A DNA stretch of 64,000 bases, taken from the NCBI GenBank assembly GCA_963758495.1, contig CAVWVI010000004.1, positions 672,001 through 736,000 on the forward strand. The letters are read 5' to 3'. Origin of the DNA: Oligoflexia bacterium. Lineage in GTDB: Bacteria; Bdellovibrionota; UBA1018. The first letter of the stretch is position 1, and each line of letters begins with the position of its first letter. The notes below the pieces were generated by a model, which was given only the letters and a program-made list of their open reading frames with translations, ran no database searches and was not told where the DNA came from. Shown one piece after another: positions 20,178-29,929 of the stretch. Position numbers and translations under genes: made by a program.

Positions 20178-21761
20178 ATGAGCAACCGAGCCATCCTTAT
20201 TGTCCTAGACGGTTTTGGCATTGGAAAAGACTCACCCTTTAATGCGATCAAAAACGCACCCATGCCGTTCTATAATGGCATTGTGAAAAAATACCCTCAT
20301 TCTCAACTGATTACTCATGGCCCAGCAGTAGGGCTTCCTGTGGGCGTCATGGGAAACTCTGAGGTAGGTCATATGACGATGGGGGCTGGGCGAGTGATTT
20401 ATCAAGATCTGACTCGGATTTCCAAATCCATAGAGGATAAGGAATTTTTTAAAAACCCTATACTCCGAAAAACGATTCAAGCCGGTGCAAATAAAACTGG
20501 AAAAGTCCATTTGATGGGTTTGCTTTCTGATGCAGGAGTTCATAGCCATCTTGACCATCTTCTGGCGCTTCTTGATCTTTGTGTAGAGCTTCAAGTTCCT
20601 CAGGTCAGTGTCCACGCTTTTCTGGACGGTCGAGATACTCCTCCAAACTCTTCTCCCAAGTATTTGCAGAAACTCCTGTCTCATCCCACCTTTTCAAAAG
20701 CAGGATTGGGTCAAACTCATGCGTCAATTGCTTCCGTTATGGGTCGTTATTGGGCGATGGACCGGGATCAGCGATGGGATCGCGTTGCACGCGCTTACCT
20801 GACCCTCACAGGGCAGGTACCTGAAACCGCTTCAGATCCCCTCCACGTGGTACAATCCTCCTATGACGCAGGAAAATCAGACGAATTTGTTGAACCTGTG
20901 TTGCTCTCTCCACCTGGAGCTCGAGGCGCCATGATGGATGGAGATAGTGTCATCTTTTTTAATTTTCGTTCCGATCGAGCCCGAGAAATCACCCGTGCTT
21001 TGACCGAACCTGATTTTACTTTTTTTAACCGCGGGCGGGGATTTCAACCAAGTGCTTTTGCGGGAATGACAACCTATGATAAGACATTCGTAAACGTAGA
21101 CGTGGCTTTTGGACCTCAAAGCATGAATCACATTCTGGGGGAATGGCTTGAAGAGAAGGGCTTACGACAATTTAGAATTGCGGAGACCGAAAAATATGCA
21201 CATGTTACGTTTTTCTTTAACGGCGGTCGAGAAAAGCCATTTGAAAGAGAAGATCGAGTTCTCATTGCTTCTCCTCAAGACGTACCTACCTATGATCTCA
21301 AACCAGAAATGAGTGCCGAAGGTATTGCGCAAGAAGCGTCTCAGAGAATTCTACAAAAAAAATATGACTTCATCCTGATGAATTTCGCGAATGCGGACAT
21401 GGTAGGCCACACAGGAAACTATGAAGCAACCGTTCGAGCCATGAAGGCTTTGGATTCCTGCTTAACTCAGGTCATTGGCGCTGCCGAAAAATCAGGCTAT
21501 CATGTCCTTCTGACTTCGGATCACGGCAATGCAGAAGAGATGATGGATGAACAAGGACATATTCATACACAACATACCATTAATCCAGTGCCGGCAATTT
21601 GGATTGCACCTAATACCGCCATCGCTCCGCAAACCAGTCGGGTGGCTCTAAAAGATGGAAGTTTATGTGACATCATGCCTACCCTGTGTAATCTTATGAA
21701 TCTCCCTCTCCCACCCGAAGTTACGGGAAAGAGCTTAATTCCAGGAAAAATTTCATGCTGA
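20178..21761 (+). CDS. gpmI: 2,3-bisphosphoglycerate-independent phosphoglycerate mutase
   Basis: MGNSEVGH, DGRD, GRYWAMDRD, AETEKYAHVTFF and DMVGHTG motifs. Confidence 0.96.
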   Translation: MSNRAILIVLDGFGIGKDSPFNAIKNAPMPFYNGIVKKYPHSQLITHGPAVGLPVGVMGNSEVGHMTMGAGRVIYQDLTRISKSIEDKEFFKNPILRKTIQAGANKTGKVHLMGLLSDAGVHSHLDHLLALLDLCVELQVPQVSVHAFLDGRDTPPNSSPKYLQKLLSHPTFSKAGLGQTHASIASVMGRYWAMDRDQRWDRVARAYLTLTGQVPETASDPLHVVQSSYDAGKSDEFVEPVLLSPPGARGAMMDGDSVIFFNFRSDRAREITRALTEPDFTFFNRGRGFQPSAFAGMTTYDKTFVNVDVAFGPQSMNHILGEWLEEKGLRQFRIAETEKYAHVTFFFNGGREKPFEREDRVLIASPQDVPTYDLKPEMSAEGIAQEASQRILQKKYDFILMNFANADMVGHTGNYEATVRAMKALDSCLTQVIGAAEKSGYHVLLTSDHGNAEEMMDEQGHIHTQHTINPVPAIWIAPNTAIAPQTSRVALKDGSLCDIMPTLCNLMNLPLPPEVTGKSLIPGKISC

Positions 21762-22756
21762 CCTTCCCTCAACTTAATTTAAAGAAAAAAATTCACTCCA
21801 TCGCGGTCCTTACAAGTGGCGGGGATGCTCCCGGCATGAACGCCGCCATCCGCGCAGTGGTTCGTTATAGTTTAGCCCACGGCTGTAAAGTTCATGGTAT
21901 CCTCAGAGGTTATAGCGGATTACTTGAAGGCAAGATGGTTCAGTTAGAGCCCGCTTCTGTTGCAAATATTATTCAAAGAGGCGGTACTATTCTTAAAACA
22001 GATCGATCTCTGGAGTTTTATAAAAAATCCGCTCGAAAAAGAGCCGCTCAAATCCTAAGAAATCAAGGCATTGAGGGTCTGATTGTTATCGGTGGAGATG
22101 GCTCTTTTACGGGAGCAAATCTCATGGAATCTGAGACCGGATTTCCAGTGATAGGAGTTCCTGGCACCATTGATAATGATATCGCTGAGACTGAAGATAC
22201 GATTGGCTTTGACACCGCCGTAAATACGGCGATTGACTCCATCGATAAAATTCGGGATACGGCAAGTTCTCATGATCGAATTTTTTTAGTGGAAGTCATG
22301 GGACGAAGCTCTGGCTTTATTGCCCTTCAGGTCGGAATGGGCGGAGGAGCTGAAACCATCATTCTCCCCGAGAAAAAAGAAACCGTTGATAATATTTGTA
22401 ATACAATTGAACGAGGAATTCGGAGAGGAAAAACCAGCAGCATTATCGTTGTTGCGGAAGGACCTAAACCGGGTCTCTCTACGAGGTTATCGGCAGATTT
22501 AACTCGACGAGGCTATAGCGCCAAAGTATGCATCTTAGGCCATACTCAACGAGGGGGCGCACCCACTACTCATGATCGAGTTCTTGCATCTATCTTAGGC
22601 TCATCCGCTGTGGCCTATCTTCTTTCAGGACGCTCTCATTCAATGGTCGGTATTCAAAAAGGCCAAGTGGTCTTAGTGCCGTTCAATCGGGTGATTGGAT
22701 TTAAAAAGAAAGTCCCAGTGGAGCTTTTAAACCTTGCACAGATTTTAGCTTCTTAG
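21755..22756 (+). CDS. pfkA: ATP-dependent 6-phosphofructokinase
   Basis: TSGGDAPGMNAA, IGGDGS, GTIDND, EVMGR and LGHTQRGG motifs. Confidence 0.96.
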   Translation: MLTFPQLNLKKKIHSIAVLTSGGDAPGMNAAIRAVVRYSLAHGCKVHGILRGYSGLLEGKMVQLEPASVANIIQRGGTILKTDRSLEFYKKSARKRAAQILRNQGIEGLIVIGGDGSFTGANLMESETGFPVIGVPGTIDNDIAETEDTIGFDTAVNTAIDSIDKIRDTASSHDRIFLVEVMGRSSGFIALQVGMGGGAETIILPEKKETVDNICNTIERGIRRGKTSSIIVVAEGPKPGLSTRLSADLTRRGYSAKVCILGHTQRGGAPTTHDRVLASILGSSAVAYLLSGRSHSMVGIQKGQVVLVPFNRVIGFKKKVPVELLNLAQILAS

Positions 22757-22855
22757 TTTTCTGGTTTTTTAAATACTCTCCAAAACCGAAAGATCGCCTT
22801 AGTAAGTTTTTAAAGATCTCCCGTCTAAAACCAAGAAAATCTTAGGCACCTTAAA

Positions 22856-23640
22856 TTATTTATTTAATTTATATTTCATAATAGCAATCGGTAAGTAATT
22901 TTCTTCTTCCTCGATTTCCTGACCTGATAAATGCTGTTCTAATATTTTAGCTATTCTTCTAGCTGTTTCCTGACTTCTCTCTGAACGAAGCATGTCTAAT
23001 GGAGGATTTTCACCAAAACATTGTATACTTACGACATGTTTATGGGCTAACCCAGCAGCACACAACAAGGATACCCTACCCTTTTCATCCAAACGAAGGT
23101 CATCATGAAATATCTCACTGCCGCTCTTCCTACTGCTCCACATTCTAGTCAGTTTTTCTTGGCGCATCTTATTCTTTGCTTGTCTGAGTTTGAATTTGAG
23201 TTCCCATTTTTTCTCTTTGGACAGCTCCTCAGTATTTAATACAATCGCATCTCTTGGCTCTCCAATCGCATTAAAACTCACTTCAAATCCAATTTGCTTC
23301 TTAGCTGGAGATGGATGGTCTAAGTAGTTTTCATCTAATAACTCGCTCAAATCTGCTACTTCCAAAGTCGTATCTGGAATATAATCAACAGAAGCTCTTT
23401 CCACAGATAAGTCGCTATTTACCTCTGCAGGTTCACCTGCACCTGCACCGCACGTGCACGCGCTGCGCCTGCGCCTGCGCCTGCGCCTAAGACATCAATC
23501 AGAACGTCTTGATTTGTAAGGTCTGGAAAATTTGCAATATTCCAATTTCCTGCAGCAAGGACACTGGCAGACTGTCCTAACAAGATTACAGTGGCAAGCA
23601 TGGAAATATGAGTTTTTGTTAAATTACTTAATCTTTTCAT
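22856..23640 (-). pseudogene. Secreted hypothetical protein split by a frameshift in a Gly-Ala repeat
   Basis: Signal peptide ORF (ATG 23640, AGAGGT SD) continues in another frame as GAGAGEPAEVNSDLSVERASVDY into ORF 22856-23404. Confidence 0.7.
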
Positions 23641-23892
23641 AAAATTTACCTCTAATGATTTCAATCATGAATCATATTGCAGAAAATAGACCAAAAAAAG
23701 TACTTTATAAGTTATTTATATAGATCGAGGTAATAGTTTGATAGTATTGTTAAATTATATTTAAACATAAATATAGTAATAAGAATATTAACTAATTTAG
23801 TTACGTTATTTAGCCTAATCCATTTCAATCTGTCAAAAACTTTAACACACAATAAACTAAAACTCGCATATTTCTCGCACAGAACGGACCCT

Positions 23893-24666
23893 ATGCTGAG
23901 CCTTTTTACCCGATGTATTTCTTGCCAATCTAATCTGCAAATGACGACCGATCGAAACTATTTCCCTCTCTGTCTGATCTGTTCAGAAAGTTTGGTTTCT
24001 TGCCCAAATCTCTGTAAAAACTGTGGAAGTCCATTATGCTTGCCCTTAGGTCCGCAAGACCCCAATCCAACCTGTGCTCGACCTTGGATCTCCAATCCCT
24101 GCATCAACTCCTATTCTGCTCGCTATCTTTTAATCAACCCTGGATATTCGGTATTAAGAAAATGGAAAATTCATGGAGGTATTCTATTCGATCGCCAAGT
24201 CTTTAAATCAAACAGCCTCATTCAAGCGGCTTGGCAGTACTCCCAAGCTGAAGCGATTATCCCTATTCCTCAAAATTATAGGAGAGCCTGGAAAATGGGG
24301 GGCAGCCGAGTAGAACGAATCGCACAATGGGTCGGTTCTGAAACTCATTGCCCCATAATCAGGGCTCTTCAATTGCCTTTATCTTTAAATACTCATCCAA
24401 GGAAACGACAAGCCTCTTTAAATTTATCAGAACGTCTTGAAAGCCAAATTAAATTTCAAGTTCATTCTCATAAATTACAAAATGTAAAACGAGTGATCCT
24501 AGTAGATGATTTTAGAACGAGTGGACGAACTCTCAACCAAGCTGCAGCCGCCCTGAAAAAAAGCGGTTTGGAACAAATTCATGTTTTTTGTTTAGGGATC
24601 AGAGTCTTCCGGTTTAATTCGGAGGAGCCGTCTCGCCCTGCACAGCACTTGATATCACGGGATTAA
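23893..24666 (+). CDS. ComF-family phosphoribosyltransferase-like protein
   Basis: N-terminal CxxC repeats, IPIP and ILVDDFRTSGRTL PRTase motif. Confidence 0.8.
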   Translation: MLSLFTRCISCQSNLQMTTDRNYFPLCLICSESLVSCPNLCKNCGSPLCLPLGPQDPNPTCARPWISNPCINSYSARYLLINPGYSVLRKWKIHGGILFDRQVFKSNSLIQAAWQYSQAEAIIPIPQNYRRAWKMGGSRVERIAQWVGSETHCPIIRALQLPLSLNTHPRKRQASLNLSERLESQIKFQVHSHKLQNVKRVILVDDFRTSGRTLNQAAAALKKSGLEQIHVFCLGIRVFRFNSEEPSRPAQHLISRD

Positions 24667-25729
24667 TCCCTAGAGCTGACCCCACTTGCTGAAAAGCCGA
24701 TGAGGGTCCGTAAGTATCAGTAAAAAATGAAATCCCTGAAAGACCGGGTTCAGTATAAGGCGCAGAAGGAACTGATCCAGCGGCATCAATCGCTTCTTCT
24801 CCAAAACGCACTTGTTCTTCAAGAATAGTTGCCCCAAAGTTCGCAAATCCCTCTGGAATGAGATTGCTTCCAGCAAAAATTTTATCCAGCGTAGTTTTCA
24901 TTCGACGAAACTTCTTCGCAATTTCGTGATTATTTTCCACTTCTTCAGGAGATAAACAGAGCGACCATCTACTGCGCATTCCACAAGAAGTAAAATATCC
25001 CCAGACATGTTTATCGAGCTTATCGCCTGCCTCTTTATTGAGTGTCGCAAAAAAGCTCTCTTGAAGAGCTGCTCCCAAACTAAATCGATGAAGAAAACTA
25101 GCTTGTAATACTCCCATGGTCACACGATTCCTAAGAAAGGAGAGAGCTTTAGGTAACCCTTCAAGTCCTGACAATAAACTCCAACGATCTGCGTAAATCA
25201 CATGATCGCATTCCAGCTCAACACCCGAAGCAAGCTGAACTGCTTCGATCCCATGACCGCCTTTTCGGAAAGATGTAACAGGAACACCTTCGAACCTTTT
25301 TAAATGAGGAAAACGTCCCGACAACAAAACGGTTCGAAATTCTTCTTCGATTTCCCCTAAAGACATTCTAAATCGGCTATCAATCGCTCCGACAAATCTT
25401 CGCTCAGGTTCCCACAAAACTTCGTCCCTGACTTCCAATCGACTTTCAGGGGTGGGTGCTTTCATCCATAAAGGTTCACGAAAAGCCTTATTCCTAAACT
25501 CTCGAATAAACGATCCCTGACGTTGCTCACCCAAATCTACGCCTAATTTAAGTGCTAATTCTGCCCAAATTGCAACTCCAGGACCCCACTCCAAACTGGC
25601 TAACGGTGACATAATTCGTGCGCCAGTTCCAGTAACCCAGTACACTGGAGTACCCTGACACGCAAAGAACCCGACCGCTCCTAATGCAGACCAACCCTCG
25701 CCTATCACTACTCTAGGTTTTTCACTCAT
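24614..25729 (-). CDS. Hypothetical protein, possibly FAD/NAD Rossmann-like
   Basis: VVIGEGWSALGA N-terminal beta-alpha motif and GVELECDHVIYA; family not certain. Confidence 0.5.
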   Translation of the reverse strand: MSEKPRVVIGEGWSALGAVGFFACQGTPVYWVTGTGARIMSPLASLEWGPGVAIWAELALKLGVDLGEQRQGSFIREFRNKAFREPLWMKAPTPESRLEVRDEVLWEPERRFVGAIDSRFRMSLGEIEEEFRTVLLSGRFPHLKRFEGVPVTSFRKGGHGIEAVQLASGVELECDHVIYADRWSLLSGLEGLPKALSFLRNRVTMGVLQASFLHRFSLGAALQESFFATLNKEAGDKLDKHVWGYFTSCGMRSRWSLCLSPEEVENNHEIAKKFRRMKTTLDKIFAGSNLIPEGFANFGATILEEQVRFGEEAIDAAGSVPSAPYTEPGLSGISFFTDTYGPSSAFQQVGSALGINPVISSAVQGETAPPN

Positions 25730-26922
25730 TCGAGGAACTCCTTATGTAAAATTTTAACACCTTGATCTGCATCAGCTACAGGAATTCCTACTGTAATCGC
25801 CAATGACGAAGCGGATCCTACTTTTATAGCAATATGTTCTCGGGTCAAGACTTCAATAATTTGATGTAAAGCCGCCCCATCCTGTGAAAATCGATCCCCA
25901 ATGACAGATAATGGAATAGTACCAGCATCAATTTCATACTTTTTTACAAAACCATCAAGAACGAGGCCTTCTAAGGTCTTGCGCCATTCACTTTCACCAT
26001 CTCGATCTGAAAAAAATCGGACTTCAGTATCTGAAAAAAGTGGAGCAACAATACCCAGATGCGTACGCGCTGCTCGATCCCATAATGCACCCAACACAGA
26101 AGACCGAGCCAGAGTGATGGTTATGAAAAGCTTGGTTCGATCAGCAGTAACCCCTACCACCCCAAACTCTTCCATACCTCTTGTTTTTAATAAGCTGGAA
26201 ACCACTGCAGTACCCTCGTTTTCATTTAAGCTATTTCTTACTTTTAAAGAAACTCCAAATTGCTTTGCAAGCTCTACACTTCTGGGATGTAATACACCTG
26301 CTCCTCGAGTGGCCATTTCAACCATTAAATCATGAGAAATGACATTCCATAGTTGGGCCTGAGGCACTATCCTCGGGTCGGCAGAATAGACACCATCGAC
26401 ATCTGTAAAAATTTCGCAAGCATCCGCCTGAAGAGCAGCAGCTAATGCAACTGCACTCGTATCAGAGCCACCTCGGCCTAATGTGGTGATTTCTTTTTTT
26501 TCACTCACGCCCTGAAAGCCGGCTACTATTGCAACCACTCCCTCTTTTAGCGTCAACCGAACCCGATCACCTAAAATACTCCGGATTCTCGCCCGCCGAT
26601 GACTCTCATCCGTGATAATTCCACTCTGTGACCCTGTAAATGACCTTGCTTGGACATTACAATCTGATAGCGCCATACTTAAAAGTGCCATGGATATTCT
26701 CTCACCAGAAGTGAGAAGCATGTCCATCTCACGATGAGGGGGGTTCTTTGAGACTCGATGAGCAAGATCAATCAGCTCGTCAGTCGTATGTCCCATCGCA
26801 GAAACCACAACTACAAGCTGATGACCCTCCCCCTGTGATCGAGCAATTCTATTGGCCACTGAGCGAATCCGCTCAGGAGTACCCACGGAAGTTCCGCCGA
26901 ATTTCTGAACAATGAGTGCCAT
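25726..26922 (-). CDS. lysC: Aspartate kinase
   Basis: IVQKFGGTSVG, VVSAMG, TTLGRGGSDTSA and TDVDGVYSADPR motifs; start at ATG 26922. Confidence 0.93.
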   Translation of the reverse strand: MALIVQKFGGTSVGTPERIRSVANRIARSQGEGHQLVVVVSAMGHTTDELIDLAHRVSKNPPHREMDMLLTSGERISMALLSMALSDCNVQARSFTGSQSGIITDESHRRARIRSILGDRVRLTLKEGVVAIVAGFQGVSEKKEITTLGRGGSDTSAVALAAALQADACEIFTDVDGVYSADPRIVPQAQLWNVISHDLMVEMATRGAGVLHPRSVELAKQFGVSLKVRNSLNENEGTAVVSSLLKTRGMEEFGVVGVTADRTKLFITITLARSSVLGALWDRAARTHLGIVAPLFSDTEVRFFSDRDGESEWRKTLEGLVLDGFVKKYEIDAGTIPLSVIGDRFSQDGAALHQIIEVLTREHIAIKVGSASSLAITVGIPVADADQGVKILHKEFLE

Positions 26923-26999
26923 GACCCTTATTCGCACATTCCCAGTCCAGCTGTCTAGGATCTAAGTGCTAGACTCTCTTGATATCGGATGCCCAAAGT

Positions 27000-28610
27000 C
27001 TAACTTTCAACGTCCTCCGTGTGACCACGTGGTCCCACAGAACGGGCCGATTCACGATGTTTATAGGAAATTTTATAAGACTTAGAACTATGATGACGAT
27101 GACGATGACTGCGTCTTTTTTCTGGAGGGTCTTGAATTTCTAATGATGCAAAAGTCCGAGAACGATCATTTGGCATAGGGAGAAAAACCTTCGCGCCATT
27201 GCGAAGAGGAGTCTGGACAGAGATTCGATTTAAATCTCTCATTGGGTCTACATTAATTCCAAAATGCCGTGCAATTCTCGAGAGAGTCTCCCCCCGATGG
27301 ACTTTATAGGTCATGAATTTAACTTGTCTCGGAAATGCTTCATGGTTATAGGTCAGCAAAAACCGACTATGGCTAGAAGCTGGGAGTTTAATCCTATAAC
27401 TCCTTGCGGTCGGAGGCGTACACCAACGGAGAATTTCAGGATTCAAATTCTTCACTGTCAAATAAGAGAGTCCAGCTGCCCGCGCAATTTTAAGAAGATC
27501 TGCAGGACTCTGAACATCAAACTCGACTAACTCCTCACCACCCACTTCGCCTTTTTTACTTACATGAGGAGTAGGAACAGGTTTAGCCAAAGGAACGGGA
27601 GACAATTCTATGGGCATTGTGAGAGCAGTGGTTGTAACCTCAGGAGAATCGAGTTCAGCATCATCAGAGAGATCCTCTGCACGCGCAAGCTGAGTATCCA
27701 TCTCTTTCTCTTTTTTATACTCAACATCTTCCACAGGTTTATCGGTTTTCACTAATTTGACAACTTCACCATCTCCAGCCACTGCAACACCCGCCGCAGG
27801 TAAGGTATTTCCTTCTGGAAATCCAAATTGAACACGATTTTTAGAGATCAATGCAGCCGCAATAATTTTAGGAACATAATCACGTGTCTCGGGTTTCAAA
27901 AAGCGATGCTGAGAGATTTGCCAAAAATCATTGCTTCCAAATCGCTTAATGGCTCGGTCAATCTTAGCCTCACCGGAATTATAAGCAGCAGCTGCAAGTT
28001 CCCAACTCTGAAACATGGAATAGAGATCTTTTAAATATTGAACAGCTGCTAAAGTTGATTTGCGAATATCTCTGCGCTCATCCACCCACCAATCAACCCT
28101 CAGTCCATATCGCTTTCCAGTTGCCGAAATAAATTGCCAAGGCCCCACTGCACGAGCACGTGATCGAGCCAAGTTATTAAAACCACTCTCGATCATTGCA
28201 AGATAAACCAAATCCTCTGGCATTCCGTTTTGTTTCAAAAGAGGAATGATGTAAGGAACAAAATACTCAGATCTTTCTAAATATTTTTCAAAAAATCCCC
28301 GACCTCGACCCGTAAAATAATTAACCCAATACTCCACTCTAGTATTAATAGTAATTGGAATATCAAAATGAGTATTTTTTAATTTAATTCCGTGAACACT
28401 CATTTCACCATTTTCAACTACTATACTTTTTTGATTGGAATCCGGCTGCAAAACTTCAGTAAGAGATTTTGGAGTGGGAGGATTTGAGGAATCTAAATGA
28501 TTATTATTGTCAGATGAAGTGCGAAAATGCGCGCAACCAGTAAGAAGCACTAGGCCAATGAGAGACGTTTTTAATAAATAATGGCTTTTTCCTTGAACAC
28601 TCAAATACAT
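27000..28610 (-). CDS. MltD-like lytic transglycosylase lipoprotein (SLT plus LysM)
   Basis: Lipobox LTGC; MIESGF, GPWQF, AAYNSG and ETRDYVPK motifs; C-terminal LysM (YKVHRGETLSRIA). Confidence 0.88.
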   Translation of the reverse strand: MYLSVQGKSHYLLKTSLIGLVLLTGCAHFRTSSDNNNHLDSSNPPTPKSLTEVLQPDSNQKSIVVENGEMSVHGIKLKNTHFDIPITINTRVEYWVNYFTGRGRGFFEKYLERSEYFVPYIIPLLKQNGMPEDLVYLAMIESGFNNLARSRARAVGPWQFISATGKRYGLRVDWWVDERRDIRKSTLAAVQYLKDLYSMFQSWELAAAAYNSGEAKIDRAIKRFGSNDFWQISQHRFLKPETRDYVPKIIAAALISKNRVQFGFPEGNTLPAAGVAVAGDGEVVKLVKTDKPVEDVEYKKEKEMDTQLARAEDLSDDAELDSPEVTTTALTMPIELSPVPLAKPVPTPHVSKKGEVGGEELVEFDVQSPADLLKIARAAGLSYLTVKNLNPEILRWCTPPTARSYRIKLPASSHSRFLLTYNHEAFPRQVKFMTYKVHRGETLSRIARHFGINVDPMRDLNRISVQTPLRNGAKVFLPMPNDRSRTFASLEIQDPPEKRRSHRHRHHSSKSYKISYKHRESARSVGPRGHTEDVES

Positions 28611-28844
28611 CCCTAAACATCCGATCGTGGTTAAACAGTGAATATTACTAAAATTGCCCTATTGGTTAAGATACATTCTGCTATCTTATAATCTTAACCG
28701 ATATAGCGCAAAATTGTCAAATTTTGGGCGTTAAATCATCATCTTAGGCTTTTATTCGTAGTGCAACTACAATCGCGAATTTAAGCGTAAAATGAAAATC
28801 TCTGCAAAGGTCACGCCCATTTTGGGATCTTACTGATCCCCCTG

Positions 28845-29147
28845 TCATTCAATCGGTTCAATTTCAAGATTCTTTAAACGGGTAGACGAAATTTTACGAT
28901 TGAACCTTAATTCAAGTTTTTTTTCTTCTTTGAGAATACTGCCTCCATCAGGTGTATTTTGTGAATTTTGAGCTGCTTGGTGCTTCTCAGTAATATTTTT
29001 AAATAATTCGAATTGACCAACAGAAGATTCATGTTTTTGAATTAGACTACGAGGTTTCATTTGAATTGGTTTTACAATCCCAGACCATAATGCCAATCCA
29101 CCTAGAAGAATTGAATATACAAGTATAAACGAGTATTTCTGCAACAT
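28845..29147 (-). CDS. Hypothetical membrane-anchored protein
   Basis: 100-aa ORF with N-terminal TM segment in an AT-rich gap. Confidence 0.5.
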   Translation of the reverse strand: MLQKYSFILVYSILLGGLALWSGIVKPIQMKPRSLIQKHESSVGQFELFKNITEKHQAAQNSQNTPDGGSILKEEKKLELRFNRKISSTRLKNLEIEPIE

Positions 29148-29432
29148 CGCTAGATAGATTGCTGCAAGGCGTAAGCCCTTATAGTTAAGAAATATTAATA
29201 ATTTTATTCTTTAATAACAGAGAGTTAAAATTTAAAAGAAATAATATATTTTAAATCACTCATTAGTTTTTAAACACTGTTTAAAGCATAGGCATATGTA
29301 TGCATATCTAGTGGTTTTCATTTACCTTTATGGATGCTCTGAATTTTACGCTTAATTTGAGAAAAAAAGTAGAACCTCTAATATAAATAGTTCCTTTAGA
29401 GCTGTTGACAAGACTCCCTGCAGTGCTTACCT

Positions 29433-29879
29433 CTAATGAAGGTCTGCAGGATTGAACTTTTTCACTATATCCACAATTTGATGTTCAAGATCGTCATCAG
29501 TTTCATAGACGTCGTCAATATGAGAAGATCTCATCAAATATTGCACAATGGTGTTAGCTATTATTTTTGGAGGCTTCTGAAAATAAAAACCATTTAATTC
29601 ATCTATACCAAAACTACTTCGCACAACAGCTTTTGCAGCACGATACTGTTCACTCTCCGTAAACGTAGTGTCCTGAAGCATATCTGCTTTTGCACCCATT
29701 TTTAAAAGGACTCTTTCGCGTAGGTCTTCATCTGTCAAGACAAAGGGGGCTATCATGCCATAAACCTCATCTTGAACAATTTGTCTTAAACGAGAAGGAA
29801 AGCTAATTGATTTGCGGTTTTCCAATCGAGTAATGATACTTTTACATAATAAACGCAGTGTCTCTTTTTGCGTAGCCAT
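29433..29879 (-). CDS. DUF507-like protein
   Basis: 148 aa; DEDLRERV and IDDVYETDDDLE resemble DUF507. Confidence 0.55.
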   Translation of the reverse strand: MATQKETLRLLCKSIITRLENRKSISFPSRLRQIVQDEVYGMIAPFVLTDEDLRERVLLKMGAKADMLQDTTFTESEQYRAAKAVVRSSFGIDELNGFYFQKPPKIIANTIVQYLMRSSHIDDVYETDDDLEHQIVDIVKKFNPADLH

Positions 29880-29929
29880 TTAATCCCTCATTAGCTTAAG
29901 AACTTGTTAACCTACCTTTTTACCTTAGC

